63,491 nucleotides of DNA, filler included, from Octopus bimaculoides (GCF_001194135.2; 5 parts of 3 records of this genome joined end to end with filler, not necessarily neighbours in it), one strand, 5' to 3'. Counted from the whole stretch's first letter, positions 1 to 12,073 are shown. A program made the numbers and translations. Notes: generated by a model not told the origin, from the sequence alone.

Positions 1-78
1 ATATATATATATATATATATATACATATACACACATATATGCATATTGTATATATGTATATTTATGTATGTATGTATG

Positions 79-112
<34 letters not shown>
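1..112. repeat. (TA)n/(TATG)n compound microsatellite
   Basis: Directly visible TA and TATG runs. Confidence 0.95.
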
Positions 113-115
<3 letters not shown>

Positions 116-2029
116 GCCTCATCAGTGTGGAAAATGCTTAGTGGTTGATGTCGACTATCAATAATCCTCTTAGAAAACCATTGCCTAATGCTTCGTGGCT
201 AGTGTCTGATGTAATTAATGGTTAAAATTTGATGAAATTGACTCAATGCTTGATTAGTTTGATGTCTAATACCCATCACAGTCTCATCTATTAATATTTT
301 CATAGGACATCATATAAAAATTCCATTATCGCCGAAGATAACCAAGCAGTAAACCCCAAATTCTTTCACTCTGATTTCCATTATACTTTTATGATTAACT
401 TTGCCAAATATTTGCTATAACGTCTTTCAACCATAAATTATCGATATTATTTTATCAAACCATCAATTTCATCCAACACTGGTAATCGATATTACTTGAA
501 ACAGTTGCCATCAATTCCAACGATGATTGTCAATGTTAACCATCAGGAAAGAACCATAAATAAGAGCCTTCAATTGTTAACCTTCGGTAATTGGTCTCAC
601 AAACAACCAGCATTAATGATATGAAATATCAGTTATTGTACGATATCCTTTTCGAAAACTGACCACATTGCATGAGGCATGCTAGCCAACATGTTCCATT
701 AATGCTGACAGACCAGTTCCATAAAAAAAAAAAAATATTGGCTATCAGTTCTATAAAGCAGAATCCGAAGTTCTATGGATATTAACCACCAATGAATTAG
801 CATAAATAGACCAAAATCTTGTCAATTCTTCGATGAAACATTGGCTTAAAATTTTACTTAGTGTTGGCCACTCACTCTTTATGTGCAATTCGTATAGGTA
901 CCAGTTATCATAACCGTCCATGCTGCAGTCCTTTTTTGGGGGGGGGGGAGTTTTTTTTTGTGTTCTTGTCTGGGGAGGATGGTATGTCATTGATAAGGGA
1001 ACGGACCAGATGGAAAATAACAGACGTCAAGGGGCCGAGTGATCAGACGTCGAATACGCAAAGAGCGACTCGCATTTCCTCGGCCTACGCCAACCCTCTA
1101 CTCTGATAAATGCGTCCCCATTACTCTTCTATACCGCCTTGAACAGCCACCTCAGACACCAACACCTTTGCACCCATCAGGACGAAAAAACTCAATCACT
1201 CGCTACAGATTAAGTACTCGGATACGATATCATGCCGACGACAACGATTCTGCTCGTAGTCTACTAATTTCCTGAACTTACCTTTGAGGCACAGAATCTA
1301 TTTAATCCTTTGACGAGTGGAGGTTGATTCCCGTGATATCAGGGTATGTCTCCACACGGGGTGAGTGGAGGACTTTTGTGGCACATACGTACCAACCTTA
1401 GCGAGAGGGGACCTGTGAATAGTGATGACTAAAGGTAACTCACAAAACTCTTGAATTCATGAGCTCCAGCTTACGAGTTTTGCCCAGGACCATCAAATAT
1501 TAGTCATTTAATGAAACAATAATCATTAGTTCATCAATTACATTGAATATCATCAAAATGTAGCTAATGTCCATCAAGATAAATTGTAAGCAAATCTCAT
1601 TCAAATCATATTCTACTGTTTTAAAAAGGGAAGGTCATATGGAATAATACACTCTGAGATATTTGAAAATGGTAACGGGTGGGTTATCTTGGATCCACTG
1701 AAGCTATACAACACCTCTATTCCATCGAAGTGAACTTCGAGTTGTTAGAAAGAGTAGATAAATCAGATTCAAATCACACTCTATCGTTTTAAAAATAAGG
1801 GACATGTTCTTAGAAACCATCTCTGACAGTAAAAGACCGAATGGTCACGGATGGAAGGCTTTTAATCATATGTCTGTTAGATTAAGCTTGACCTGGTGCT
1901 AAGCAGCAACCACAGCATTAAGAAGTCCCGTTTGAAGTCTAAGCCGAGTGATCTCTCGCCTGTTCTCGAGGTGAAATTTTTATGAAAATTACTTTGAGAG
2001 GTAGAGGGAGGGAGAAAGAAAGAGAGGGG

Positions 2030-2166
2030 CAAGAAGAAGAAGAAGAAGAAGAAGAAGAAGAAGAAGAAGAAGAAGAAGAAGAAGAAGAAGAAGAAGAAAA
2101 AAGAAGAAGAAGAAGAAGAAGAAGAACAAGAACAAGAACAAGAAGAAGAAGAACAAGAAGAAGAAG
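2030..2166 (+). repeat. (GAA)n trinucleotide microsatellite with a few GAAC variants
   Basis: Direct. It explains the poly-E/S/F/L ORFs at 1877-2197. Confidence 0.97.
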
Positions 2167-2766
2167 CAAGTGCGTATTTGTCTGAAATTGAGGACACTTA
2201 GTGTTTCAGGGTTTCAACCACTTGACATGTGGTTAAATACATGTGTATACAAATTACATGCGTGTGTGCGCGCGTGTGTGTGCGCGTGTGTGTGCGCGCG
2301 CGTGTTTGTGTGTGTGTGTGTGTGTGTATGCACGCATGCATGTATGTACATATATGTATGTGTATACACACATACATTCACACTTATGAGGCTGGAGAGT
2401 TACGTTACGTTATATTTATGCTTCACTTAATGTTATACTAGAACCTTCCCCGACTAATGAAAAACCTTCATGCCAAATTTGGTACAGATTGATCCAGCGG
2501 TTTTGCCGTGCATAGGGAAAAATGCACACTCACGCGCACACACACACACGTACATACGCTCATGCATATAAAATCATACATATATATGTGTGTGCGTTTG
2601 AGTGTGTGTGACAGCGCATGTGTGTGTGTGGAATCTTCTTATTTGCGTATAGATTCTGATTCTAAGTTTAAAATATTGACTAGATATAATGCTTTATTGA
2701 TATGATACGAACATCATAGTTCTGATTGCTTGGTTTCTATGAATTAAATTGGTAATTGTTAGTACT

Positions 2767-3137
2767 GTGGAGGCGCATTGGCCCAGTGGTTAGGGCAGCA
2801 CTCGCGGTCGGAGGATCGCTGTTTCGATTCCCAGACCGGGAATAAGTGTGAATGTATGTGTGTATACACATACATATATGTACATACATGCATGCGTGCA
2901 CACACACAAACCGGGCGTTGTGTGTGTTTATTGAGCGAAAACACCTAAAGCTCCACGAGGCTCCGGCAGGGGGTGGTGGCGACCCCTGTTGTACTCTTTC
3001 GCCCCAACTTTCTCTCACTCTTTCTTCTTGTTTCTTGAGTAAAGCTGCGATAGACACATACGCCATAGAAACCAGGAAACCGGACCCATGAGCCTGGCTA
3101 GGCTTTAAAAGGGCGCATAAATAAAATAAATTTTAAA
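2767..3137 (+). mobile_element. tRNA-Arg-like SINE (family C) with alternative 3' tail and 13-bp TSD
   Basis: Head GGAGGCGCATTGGCCCAGTGGTTAGGGCAGC has an A box (TGGCCCAGTGG) and B box (GTTTCGATTCC). The 5' body is shared with 38095 and 53351. It is flanked by AATTGTTAGTACT at 2754-2766 and 3138-3150. Confidence 0.85.
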
Positions 3138-3349
3138 AATTGTTAGTACTACATGTTGACAAACAGTGGATGCTAAAAGAGTTAAATCTGTTCAAGTTTT
3201 ACGTACCGTTTCAAGGGAGTAAAGACTATTGAAGTTTAAATTTCGGTTTATTTATTTATTTATTTATTTATTTATTCATTATATTAGTTGTAAATGTGTA
3301 ATATATTTCTTCATATTTCTTCGATAACGGAGCAGAGTGAACAATGTGA

Positions 3350-3590
3350 TTGCAATACATAGAAAGCACAAGTTTGGCAAAACACAAGTTTGGCAAAGCC
3401 AAACATATTACGAAGTTAACAGATAACAGGTCGACCTGTGCAGTTGCCAAATTGTTTTCTAGCGATCGGAGAAGGCCACTCGGAAGCCCTCCACAACGAC
3501 GGGACGGCGACTTAGTTAAACGATTTGGGCCAAGACGCAAAAGAAAGGCACAGACAAGATAGAAGCGCATTGTGACCAGCGATACATAAT
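3350..3590 (+). mobile_element. RTE-clade LINE C-terminal remnant
   Basis: Translation AKHITKLTDNRSTCAVAKLFSSDRRRPLGSPPQRRDGDLVKRFGPRRKRKAQTR resembles the RTE C-terminal pattern GH.AR..D.RW......W.P...KRP.GRP..RW.D (recognised by eye). Confidence 0.55.
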
Positions 3591-3639
3591 ATGGTCGATG
3601 TAGTAATACACTGATTTTCTAAACATCTTTTTAATTAGG

Positions 3640-4000
3640 AAGAGGGAAGGTAATACCTGTGACTCTTTCAGGATCTCTTTGACCTAAATTCTTACCATTT
3701 AGTGAATGCTGCTAAAGGCACTCACGGTGCCTGGTGGGGATGGGGTATTCAACTGGGCCACAGATTACGTCTACTAATCTTGTAGACCATGGCAGGGTTT
3801 GAACATAGAACTCAGTTAGCTGGGACAAATAAAACAATGTTTACGGTTAGATGTCCTTAGAGTTCTAGCAACCCACCTCACCGGACTAATACTTTCTTAA
3901 GTGAACCCCTAAAGGATGAAAGGCAAGATTTGAACTCAAAGAGTTGGAACAGATTCTGCTAAGTATTCCTTCGACATTCTATAACGTTTCTACCAATTCA
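3640..4000 (-). mobile_element. Two degraded SINE family B fragments
   Basis: Reverse-strand similarity to the B head and body (GGATGAAAGGCAAG...TTTGAACTC). Confidence 0.5.
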
Positions 4001-4327
4001 CTTCCATGCTATTCGCCGCCATTTCGAATAAAATTTGTAAAAAAGAGAAAAAGATGTTTTGAATGAAGCAGTTTATGGACGCTATTTTACTACTTTCATT
4101 ATCGGTCTCATTAGCATGTAATTGATCAAATTACATTTTTCTTAATCCATATGATTCCAATTATTAACATTCAATGTATGAATGTCATTGTCAGGACGTG
4201 TGACGTTGTCTACACTAGAGAACGGAAGAATATTAAAAGGTATTTAAAACATCTCATGGCGAATAAATCAGCCGAGTGTCAGAAAAAGAAATTTGATGTA
4301 AACAAAAAAGAAAAAAATGCAAATCCA

Positions 4328-4500
4328 GACGCAGGCATGATTATATGGTTAAGAACCTCGGTTTGCAGCCACGTGGTTTCAAGTTCGCATCTACCAGGTG
4401 GCATCTTCACTCACTGTATTTTATTGTAACGCCAGACCGACCAAAGCCTTGTGAGTGAATGTGGTTGACAGAAAGTGTGAAGAAACCCGTCGTATATAAA
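4328..4500 (+). mobile_element. SINE family A, 5' half (degraded)
   Basis: GACGCAGGCATGA..TGGTTAAGAA...GACCGACCAAAGCCTTGTGAGTG...GAAACCCGTCGTATA matches the 36269 copy. Confidence 0.7.
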
Positions 4501-5289
4501 CGAATCTGCTGATAGTACACTACACTTTGGTAATTTTCTGTTGGCGAAATTAATAGACGGCATGCAATTTTATATGCGCGTATTTCTCAGAAACATAATT
4601 GAGTGCAGTGTCAGATATATATGACCGAAAGAAGTAAAAGACTATGTATGTATGTATGTATGTATGTATGTATGTATGCATGTATGTATGTATGTATGTT
4701 TGTGTGTGTGCATATATATATATATATATGCACGATATTTATTTTAATATGTACGTATGCCTTGAATTATTTTTCCGTTATTCCGGCTATACATACATAC
4801 ATATACACGCGCGTGCGCACACACATACACACACATACATATACGTATATGAGCATACAAATATATAACATGATAAATATATGATATGATATATTACATT
4901 ATAATGTAGAGCTAATGATAGATTCCTGTGGTGCAAAATATCTGGTGTTGTTGAACGGGATGGGAAAATTGTGTGCGTGCGCGTGGGAAAGAAAGAGAAT
5001 GAAAGAGAGAGAAAGAATGGGGAGTATGTGCGTTGTATGTATGTGAGTATGTGTATGTGTACACGTGCTAGTAGCGTTTGACTTTTTCTGTCTTTCCCAC
5101 TATTTACCTGACAATTTGACGTATGCGTCTTAGAGCACGACATTATCATGAAGATTAAGCTTCTGTCTAGTTAGTCTATTATCTAAATATCGATAAGCAT
5201 GTTCCTACCTTCTTTTAGTATATTGGAGATATTTCAGTTTTTCCGATTATCTGTATATTAATAACCATTCTCCTAATATTCTTCAAAAA

Positions 5290-5800
5290 AGATGTGTAAC
5301 GTATATCCTGGATACAGGTATTACCAACTATATAACATCAAGTGCTTCTTAAATTATTGTATTACCGAAATGGAGCGAAATAGAGCACAACAGCGAGAAT
5401 TTAATCGGGAGAGGAAGAAAAGAAATTCGGGAAAAGACAAAGAAAAGAAATATGGGATTAGGAATAAAGAAAGGCGAATAAAGATCGTAGAGAAGCATTA
5501 ATTCGGGTGGAAAGGAATTGGAATTAATGCAAGAAATTGTTCTAGAAGGTGAGAATACGAACGACGAAACTGAAGCTAATAGGGAAAGAATGAGAATTAT
5601 TAATCAAGAAAGAAAGCAAATTATGAATGATGATGATAGACAAGAATATTTTGAACAAACCAGAATGGGAAACAGACTAGGACAGAAAACAGGACTGAAG
5701 AGAATAGATAAGATTTCTAAGAAATTAATCAAAGGATAATGAAAGAAATGACAGGTTATTATTACTGAACCGAGAGATGTTTATGACTGATTCTGTATCA
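5290..5800 (+). mobile_element. Possible decayed R4/Dong-like LINE N-terminal fragment
   Basis: Purine-rich broken frames rich in K/R/E/I/N, similar in composition to 16480-17750. No catalytic motif seen. Confidence 0.3.
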
Positions 5801-6162
5801 AAAATGGATCGTGGAATTTTCACGGTTACTGATTGCATACATACATTCATATATAACAAAACAAGATATTGGAAGACATTTTTGGTATCATTTATTCACC
5901 ATTACACGCGTTTCATTTGCTAATAGGAGTTACAAAATTGTACATGTAGGAGAAACATGTAAACAACCTTGTATTAGAAATTCTTCAGAAAGAGAATCAA
6001 ATAATACAAAATTTGCGTTTGGACCATGCTTTTATTTATATTCAGTAATCAGGAGTGCTATAGATAGTTGCATATACAGATACTTGTATATACAGTTGTA
6101 TATATATAGAGTGTGTGTGTGTGTGGTGTGTGTGTGTGTGTGTGTGGTGTGTGCGTGTGTGT

Positions 6163-6201
<39 letters not shown>

Positions 6202-6209
6202 TGTGTAAA

Positions 6210-6480
6210 ACGAAACAACAAAAGTTAACAGGACGAACACATGGAATGTATTAAGCTTGACACTCAGTATAAGATGGTAAAAAAAGAGTGGGTGTGTAAC
6301 GTTTCGAGTTTGGTTCTTCGTCAGAAAGAGGAGAAAGGAAAGGTCCGGAAAGAAGGAAAGAAGTTCAAGAAAAGCACATGCGTGGTTGCATGGTTGAAGG
6401 AACCGGAAGTGGAGAGTGATAGAGAAAGGGGCTTTTTAAGGCAGGAGGGTGCAAAAATGGCCGGTGTGTGTGAGGTAGTA
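6210..6480 (-). mobile_element. Penelope-like pseudo-LTR fragment containing a hammerhead-like core
   Basis: The minus strand reads CTGACGA-AGAACCAAACTC-GAAACGTT (6324-6298), followed by GAGTGTCAAGCTTAATACATTCC, which is similar to the post-ribozyme segment of 26655-26885. Confidence 0.5.
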
Positions 6481-7306
6481 TTTGTGTGCGTATGTGTCTG
6501 TGTTCATGTGAGTGATGTATGTGTAAGGAGTGGTGTGGAACGTTATATATATGTGTGTATGTGTATATGTGTGTGTGTGTGTGTATGTGTGTATGTACGT
6601 ATGTATAGATAGATAAATACATGTACATATATTTGTATACACACACATATGTACGTATATGCAAGTTACATAAATGCATACACAGGCACACACATATAAT
6701 ATATACATATACGTAGATATAGACAAACACGCGTACGCCTACCGACAAATACTAGCATTTATTATATATATATAGTAAATATTAGTCAAATTCCTGAGGT
6801 CTTTGCTTGTTAAGGATGAATCCAATATCTGATACGCATTAAATCTATTCGACCAAGTAGTTAGACCCCCACCCCACCCCCACCACCACTAACATCGTCT
6901 AATACCACCATCTGTTTGGTTAGAACACCTCCGTCCATTTTAAGTCCTAGTTCAAAATAAGGTCCGACTTACCCTTGCAATTTTAGAATGTCATTTTATT
7001 GTTTACTTGTTACGTCATTTTCCCCCTTTTCAGCTGCCTCCCATCTCGTACAATAGACTTACCCCTTGCTTTGGTAGAACGGAGTAGAAGTTATTTATTG
7101 TTCAATGTAAATGTTAATTCACATGCCATGCCGTTTTGTATAGTATTGTATGGAAATATTACATAAAATAGCATGACATGTGAATCACACAAATAATAAT
7201 AATAATACTATACATATATTCGTGTGAGAATGCGCGCATACACGTCACACATGTCACTCTTTCTCTCTCTCATATACATATATACATATATTATTAATAC
7301 ATAGAT

Positions 7307-7360
<54 letters not shown>

Positions 7361-8395
7361 NNNNNNNNNNNNNNNNNNNNNNNNNNNNNNNNNNNNNNNN
7401 NNNNNNNNNNNNNNNNNNNNNNNNNNNNNNNNNNNNNNNNNNNNNNNNNNNNNNNNNNNNNNNNNNNNNNNNNNNNNNNNNNNNNNNNNNNNNNNNNNNN
7501 NNNNNNNNNNNNNNNNNNNNNNNNNNNNNNNNNNNNNNNNNNNNNNNNNNNNNNNNNNNNNNNNNNNNNNNNNNNNNNNNNNNNNNNNNNNNNNNNNNNN
7601 NNNNNNNNNNNNNNNNNNNNNNNNNNNNNNNNNNNNNNNNNNNNNNNNNNNNNNNNNNNNNNNNNNNNNNNNNNNNNNNNNNNNNNNNNNNNNNNNNNNN
7701 NNNNNNNNNNNNNNNNNNNNNNNNNNNNNNNNNNNNNNNNNNNNNNNNNNNNNNNNNNNNNNNNNNNNNNNNNNNNNNNNNNNNNNNNNNNNNNNNNNNN
7801 NNNNNNNNNNNNNNNNNNNNNNNNNNNNNNNNNNNNNNNNNNNNNNNNNNNNNNNNNNNNNNNNNNNNNNNNNNNNNNNNNNNNNNNNNNNNNNNNNNNN
7901 NNNNNNNNNNNNNNNNNNNNNNNNNNNNNNNNNNNNNNNNNNNNNNNNNNNNNNNNNNNNNNNNNNNNNNNNNNNNNNNNNNNNNNNNNNNNNNNNNNNN
8001 NNNNNNNNNNNNNNNNNNNNNNNNNNNNNNNNNNNNNNNNNNNNNNNNNNNNNNNNNNNNNNNNNNNNNNNNNNNNNNNNNNNNNNNNNNNNNNNNNNNN
8101 NNNNNNNNNNNNNNNNNNNNNNNNNNNNNNNNNNNNNNNNNNNNNNNNNNNNNNNNNNNNNNNNNNNNNNNNNNNNNNNNNNNNNNNNNNNNNNNNNNNN
8201 NNNNNNNNNNNNNNNNNNNNNNNNNNNNNNNNNNNTATATACTGTTTATATACACTGAGTAGTTATATTTTTATTGGGAATTTTGCTGATTAGAATTGTG
8301 TTTCTGGGGTATTTTACAAATTGAGTGTATATGTATGTATGTACACACACATACACACACGCACACGCACAAACATACATACACACACGCTCACA

Positions 8396-8435
<40 letters not shown>

Positions 8436-8794
8436 TACATAGTGTATATGATGTAAAATCTCCCAACAAAATTTTTCCAAGAGGTGGCTGACCGTTGTCT
8501 AAATAGAGTGAACGGATCTACTCTAGGTGACGGTTTATGCCTTTGGTGGTCAGTTTATTCTTAGATCTATGGCGTTCCATCATTGGCTCCAGTTGGTCGT
8601 TCTCCTGTATCAGGAGGACTGCATCATTGATGTATTCACGTAATTTGCATACTGTGTTTACTTTTTATCTTATCTCACTTTATCTCGCTTTTTTTCTTCT
8701 CACCTTTTATGTAAGCCATCATATATATTATAAACTGTCCTTGTAATATTCCCATTACTGATGCTCCAGTGACAAATAAAAGAAAAAGAAATTA

Positions 8795-8795
<1 letters not shown>

Positions 8796-8849
<54 letters not shown>

Positions 8850-8900
8850 AATAATAATAATAATAATAACAATAATAAAAATAATAATAATGATAATAAT
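8796..8900. repeat. (TTA)n directly followed by (ATA)n, a palindromic trinucleotide microsatellite
   Basis: Direct. Confidence 0.9.
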
Positions 8901-8904
8901 GATA

Positions 8905-9010
8905 AGGCTAGCTGGCACAATCGTTAGCACACCGGGCGAAATGCTTAGCAGTATTTCGTCTGTTGCTTCGTTCTGGGCTCAAATTCCGTCGAGGTCAACT
9001 TTGCCTTTCA
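8905..9010 (+). mobile_element. SINE family B, 5' part (runs into gap)
   Basis: GCTGGCACAATCGTTAGCACACCGGGCGAAATGCTTAGC...CAAATTCCGTCGAGGTCAACTTTGCCTTTCA. Confidence 0.85.
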
Positions 9011-9256
9011 NNNNNNNNNNNNNNNNNNNNNNNNNNNNNNNNNNNNNNNNNNNNNNNNNNNNNNNNNNNNNNNNNNNNNNNNNNNNNNNNNNNNNNNNNN
9101 NNNNNNNNNNNNNNNNNNNNNNNNNNNNNNNNNNNNNNNNNNNNNNNNNNNNNNNNNNNNNNNNNNNNNNNNNNNTTACTACCGTTCTTACAATTTATAG
9201 TGTTCGTGAGGAGCCTTCTTCCCTACACTTGCCTTCTTACCGTATAAATGTGTATG

Positions 9257-9299
<43 letters not shown>

Positions 9300-10334
9300 G
9301 TGTGTATGTGGGTGTGCGCGCGTGCGTGCGTGCGTGCGTGCGTGCCTGTGTGTAGGTCTATGCGAGCGTTTGTGAGTGCATGCAGGTCTTCTGGAGTATA
9401 TATGGTGGTAGGCGTGGCCTTGGTATCCTTCCTTTCTCCACCCCATCGCATTTTCCTTTCACTCATTCCCACTCTCTCATTTCTTTCTGTTCTGCTATAA
9501 TAACCAGATGGTCGTTAGCATGCATATTGATATATAAGAGTCTGTAATTTCTTTTTATGCTTTATATTTGTTGATAATACTGAGGAAGTAATGTGTGATT
9601 GTATTACATAATAGAGTCAATCGGCTTATGTAACCTCGGCATTTGGCTTACTGAAACACGTGTATATTATATAACGCATAAAACACAAATTACGCTTATG
9701 AGTTTATTTTTTCGATATGGAAGCTCAGAGTTTACACATTAGTCTATCTAGAGTTATGATGGTTGCTGTCAAACTGCGTCGAGCATAGAAGTGCAATGTG
9801 GAACGTTCCTATCATGCTCGGATCTATTGCTAACGTATCACGCCTTCCAGTGTACCTTTTAAAATACATATGTCCATATATGTATAGAGGAAGGGATAGC
9901 GAGAGGGGAAAACAGAAGAGTGACGGGGAGAAAGATAGAAGGAGAGAGAGGGAAAAAGAGAAGGTGAGAGAGGAAGAGAAAGACATACCTAAAGAACGTG
10001 ATGTAAAAGTTCCTCTAGCATTTATATGTCATTTTCAGATTTTTGTTGTAAATATCTTATGATATAGCGAACTTTAAATTAATGAAAATATGTCTGCGAC
10101 ACATTTTAACATGTAAAGGCAAATTCACTGAGGAACTGGGAGAAGAAATACTCGCTTATAGGAAAAGCTGTAAAAACACCTTATCTATTCAGTGTCTTCA
10201 CTTAGTGGATTCCTAGACGCGTTTCTAGCTTCTTGGCCTTCTGAATTGAGTTTCGTAGCATAAATATATATTTACTCTCCTCAGAATTGCTAGCCTTGTG
10301 CCTAAATCAAAAACTGTTATTATTATTATTTGAA

Positions 10335-10530
10335 AGGCGGTGAGCTTGTAGAATCGTTAGCTACATTTCGTCCGTCTTTAAGTTCTGAGTTCAAACTCGC
10401 TGTGATCGACTTTGCCCTTCATTCGTTTCTGTGTAGATAAAATTAAAAAAAACAGTTGAACACTGGAGCCGATGTAATCGACCTAAATCTTCCTCTGAAC
10501 TTGCTGGCCTTGTGCTAAAATTTAAGAACC
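10335..10530 (+). mobile_element. SINE family B
   Basis: GGCGGTGAGCTTGTAGAATCGTTAGC...GAGTTCAAAC...GATGTAATCGAC...CTTGCTGGCCTTGTGC. Confidence 0.8.
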
Positions 10531-10561
10531 ATTTTTATTATCTGTTTAGAGAAAGTACATA

Positions 10562-10733
10562 GGTGCAGGAGTGGCTGTGTGGTAAGTAGCTTGCTTACCA
10601 ACCACATGCTTCCGGGTTCAGTCCGACTGTGTGGCACCTTAGGCAAGTATCTTCTTCTATTATAGCCTCCGGCCGACCAAAGCCTTGTGAGTGGATCTGT
10701 TTGACGGAAACTGAAAGAAGCTCTATATATATA

Positions 10734-10785
<52 letters not shown>

Positions 10786-10980
10786 CGTCTGTGTTTGTCC
10801 TCCCAAGAACACCTGACAACCGATGCTGGTGTGTTTACGCCCCGTAACTTAGCGGTTCGGCAAAAGAGACCGAGAGAATAAGTGCTAGGCTTACAAGGAT
10901 AAGTCTTGGGGTCGATTTGTTCGACTAATGGCGGTGTCCCAGCATGGCCGCAGTCAAATAAACTGAAACAAGTAAAAGAA
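10562..10980 (+). mobile_element. SINE family A, full length with central (GT)n
   Basis: tRNA-like head (TGGCTGTGTGG; GGTTCAGTCC), ACCTTAGGCAAGT, central microsatellite and 3' tail ending ACTGAAACAAGTAAAAGA. Near-identical architecture to 36269-36720. Confidence 0.9.
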
Positions 10981-11429
10981 TTCATTTTACAAAATATATT
11001 TCATTGGAGAGGGTTGCAATTTAGATGACTTGGAGCCTCAGTTGAGGAGAAAATGAAAATATTTTATTGAACCAATAAAATCTTAGTCCCCTGCTTCAGT
11101 CTATAAAATAAAAATGGAGACAGCGGATAATTGACGCTTTCAATGATATCTGTAATGGTTTATAGGTTCCACTTCCTGACACCCACAAACAGAAAGTTCA
11201 TGGCGAAAGAAAATAGTTAACAGAAAAACTATATATATATTTTGTTGCGTTTTGGGTGAGTCATTACGGCAATAATGTTAACACACACACGGGTGCAGTT
11301 CTACTTCTCTAGTGTTAGTCAATCGGTTAAATATCTATTGGTGTAATGACTTTTCCAAGAAACAATAAAAATTATTTCGACACACGAATTCACATCAAGA
11401 ATCTTGCAAAGCAAGTACAAACGAAGCAT

Positions 11430-11589
11430 ATTCTTTTATTCTTTTACTTGTTTCAGTCATTTGACTGCCTGCGGCCATGCTGGAGCATCGTCTTTAGTCA
11501 AGTAAATCAACCCCAGGATTTATTCTTTATAAGCTTAGTACTTATTCGATCGGTCTCTTTTGCTGGACCGTTAAGTTACGGGGACATAA

Positions 11590-11592
<3 letters not shown>
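11430..11592 (-). mobile_element. SINE family A, 3' half
   Basis: Reverse complement of the A tail (CTTTTACTTGTTTCAGTCAT...CCGTTAAGTTACGGGGACATAAAC). Confidence 0.85.
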
Positions 11593-11640
<48 letters not shown>

Positions 11641-11931
11641 AATGTTCTATATTTTATACAGCCTTGGTTCTTTATCTCATTACCAAATCCTTATATATAT
11701 ATATCTTACCGGTCGCACATATACAATGTACGTGTTTTGTTTATTCACCTTATTTACTGCGGGATCGCGCTAAGGAAACGCTCCCTGATAACACTGAGTA
11801 TTATCAGGGAGTTTGTTCGTAATTTAATTTTCTTCTGCATGTGCATCGCCGTAACACACCACCAAAATAGTTCTCACACACTATTTCTATGTGTTCATAG
11901 ATCGGGTGTATGTATGTACGTAATTAACCCG

Positions 11932-12005
11932 TGTAGTCCCTGGATGAACTATTGGTAGACATTGAGGTGTGTGTCTATCAGTTTTGTCATCTGCAAATAG
12001 AGGTG

Positions 12006-12008
<3 letters not shown>
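11932..12008 (-). mobile_element. Orphan ~75-bp fragment of the Academ-like transposase sequence
   Basis: GTAGTCCCTGGATGAACTATTGGTAGACATTGAGGTGTGTGTCTATCAGTTTTGTCATCTGCA closely matches 13833-13905. Confidence 0.75.
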
Positions 12009-12049
<41 letters not shown>

Positions 12050-12073
12050 CAGTCTGTTAAAGTCTGTCATACC

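Noticed and set aside
120-900. Possible decayed Merlin-type transposase on the minus strand (KVNHK, ERIW-like words)
   Set aside because: The motifs are too short, need several frameshifts, and no TIR or TSD was found.
985-1207. TG...CA-bounded GC-richer segment, possible solo LTR (a similar impression at ~25290-25600)
   Set aside because: No TSD, convincing PBS or second copy in the window.
1590-1830. A further SINE-like family (related pieces at ~20290-20380 and ~22540-22620)
   Set aside because: The similarity is visible but too decayed to set boundaries or identify promoter boxes.
2410-2520. Segment reminiscent of non-autonomous Helitron-like repeats (GCCAAATTTGG...GATCCAGCGGTTTTGCCGTG)
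   Set aside because: It is a single copy with no diagnostic termini verifiable by eye.
7254-8262. Long ORFs made of X (also ~31.7-33.8 kb, 39.5 kb, 43.9 kb, 45.6 kb, 46.8-47.8 kb, 52.7 kb)
   Set aside because: They are translations of assembly gaps.
10205-10260. Minus-strand GAAACGCGTC hammerhead-like 3' half (also fragments near 19100-19230 and 19440-19470)
   Set aside because: No matching CUGANGA box or stem I in the correct order, so too degenerate to call.
11781-11811. 11-bp hairpin CTCCCTGATAA/TTATCAGGGAG
   Set aside because: It is short and isolated. A rho-independent terminator interpretation does not apply to this eukaryotic context.
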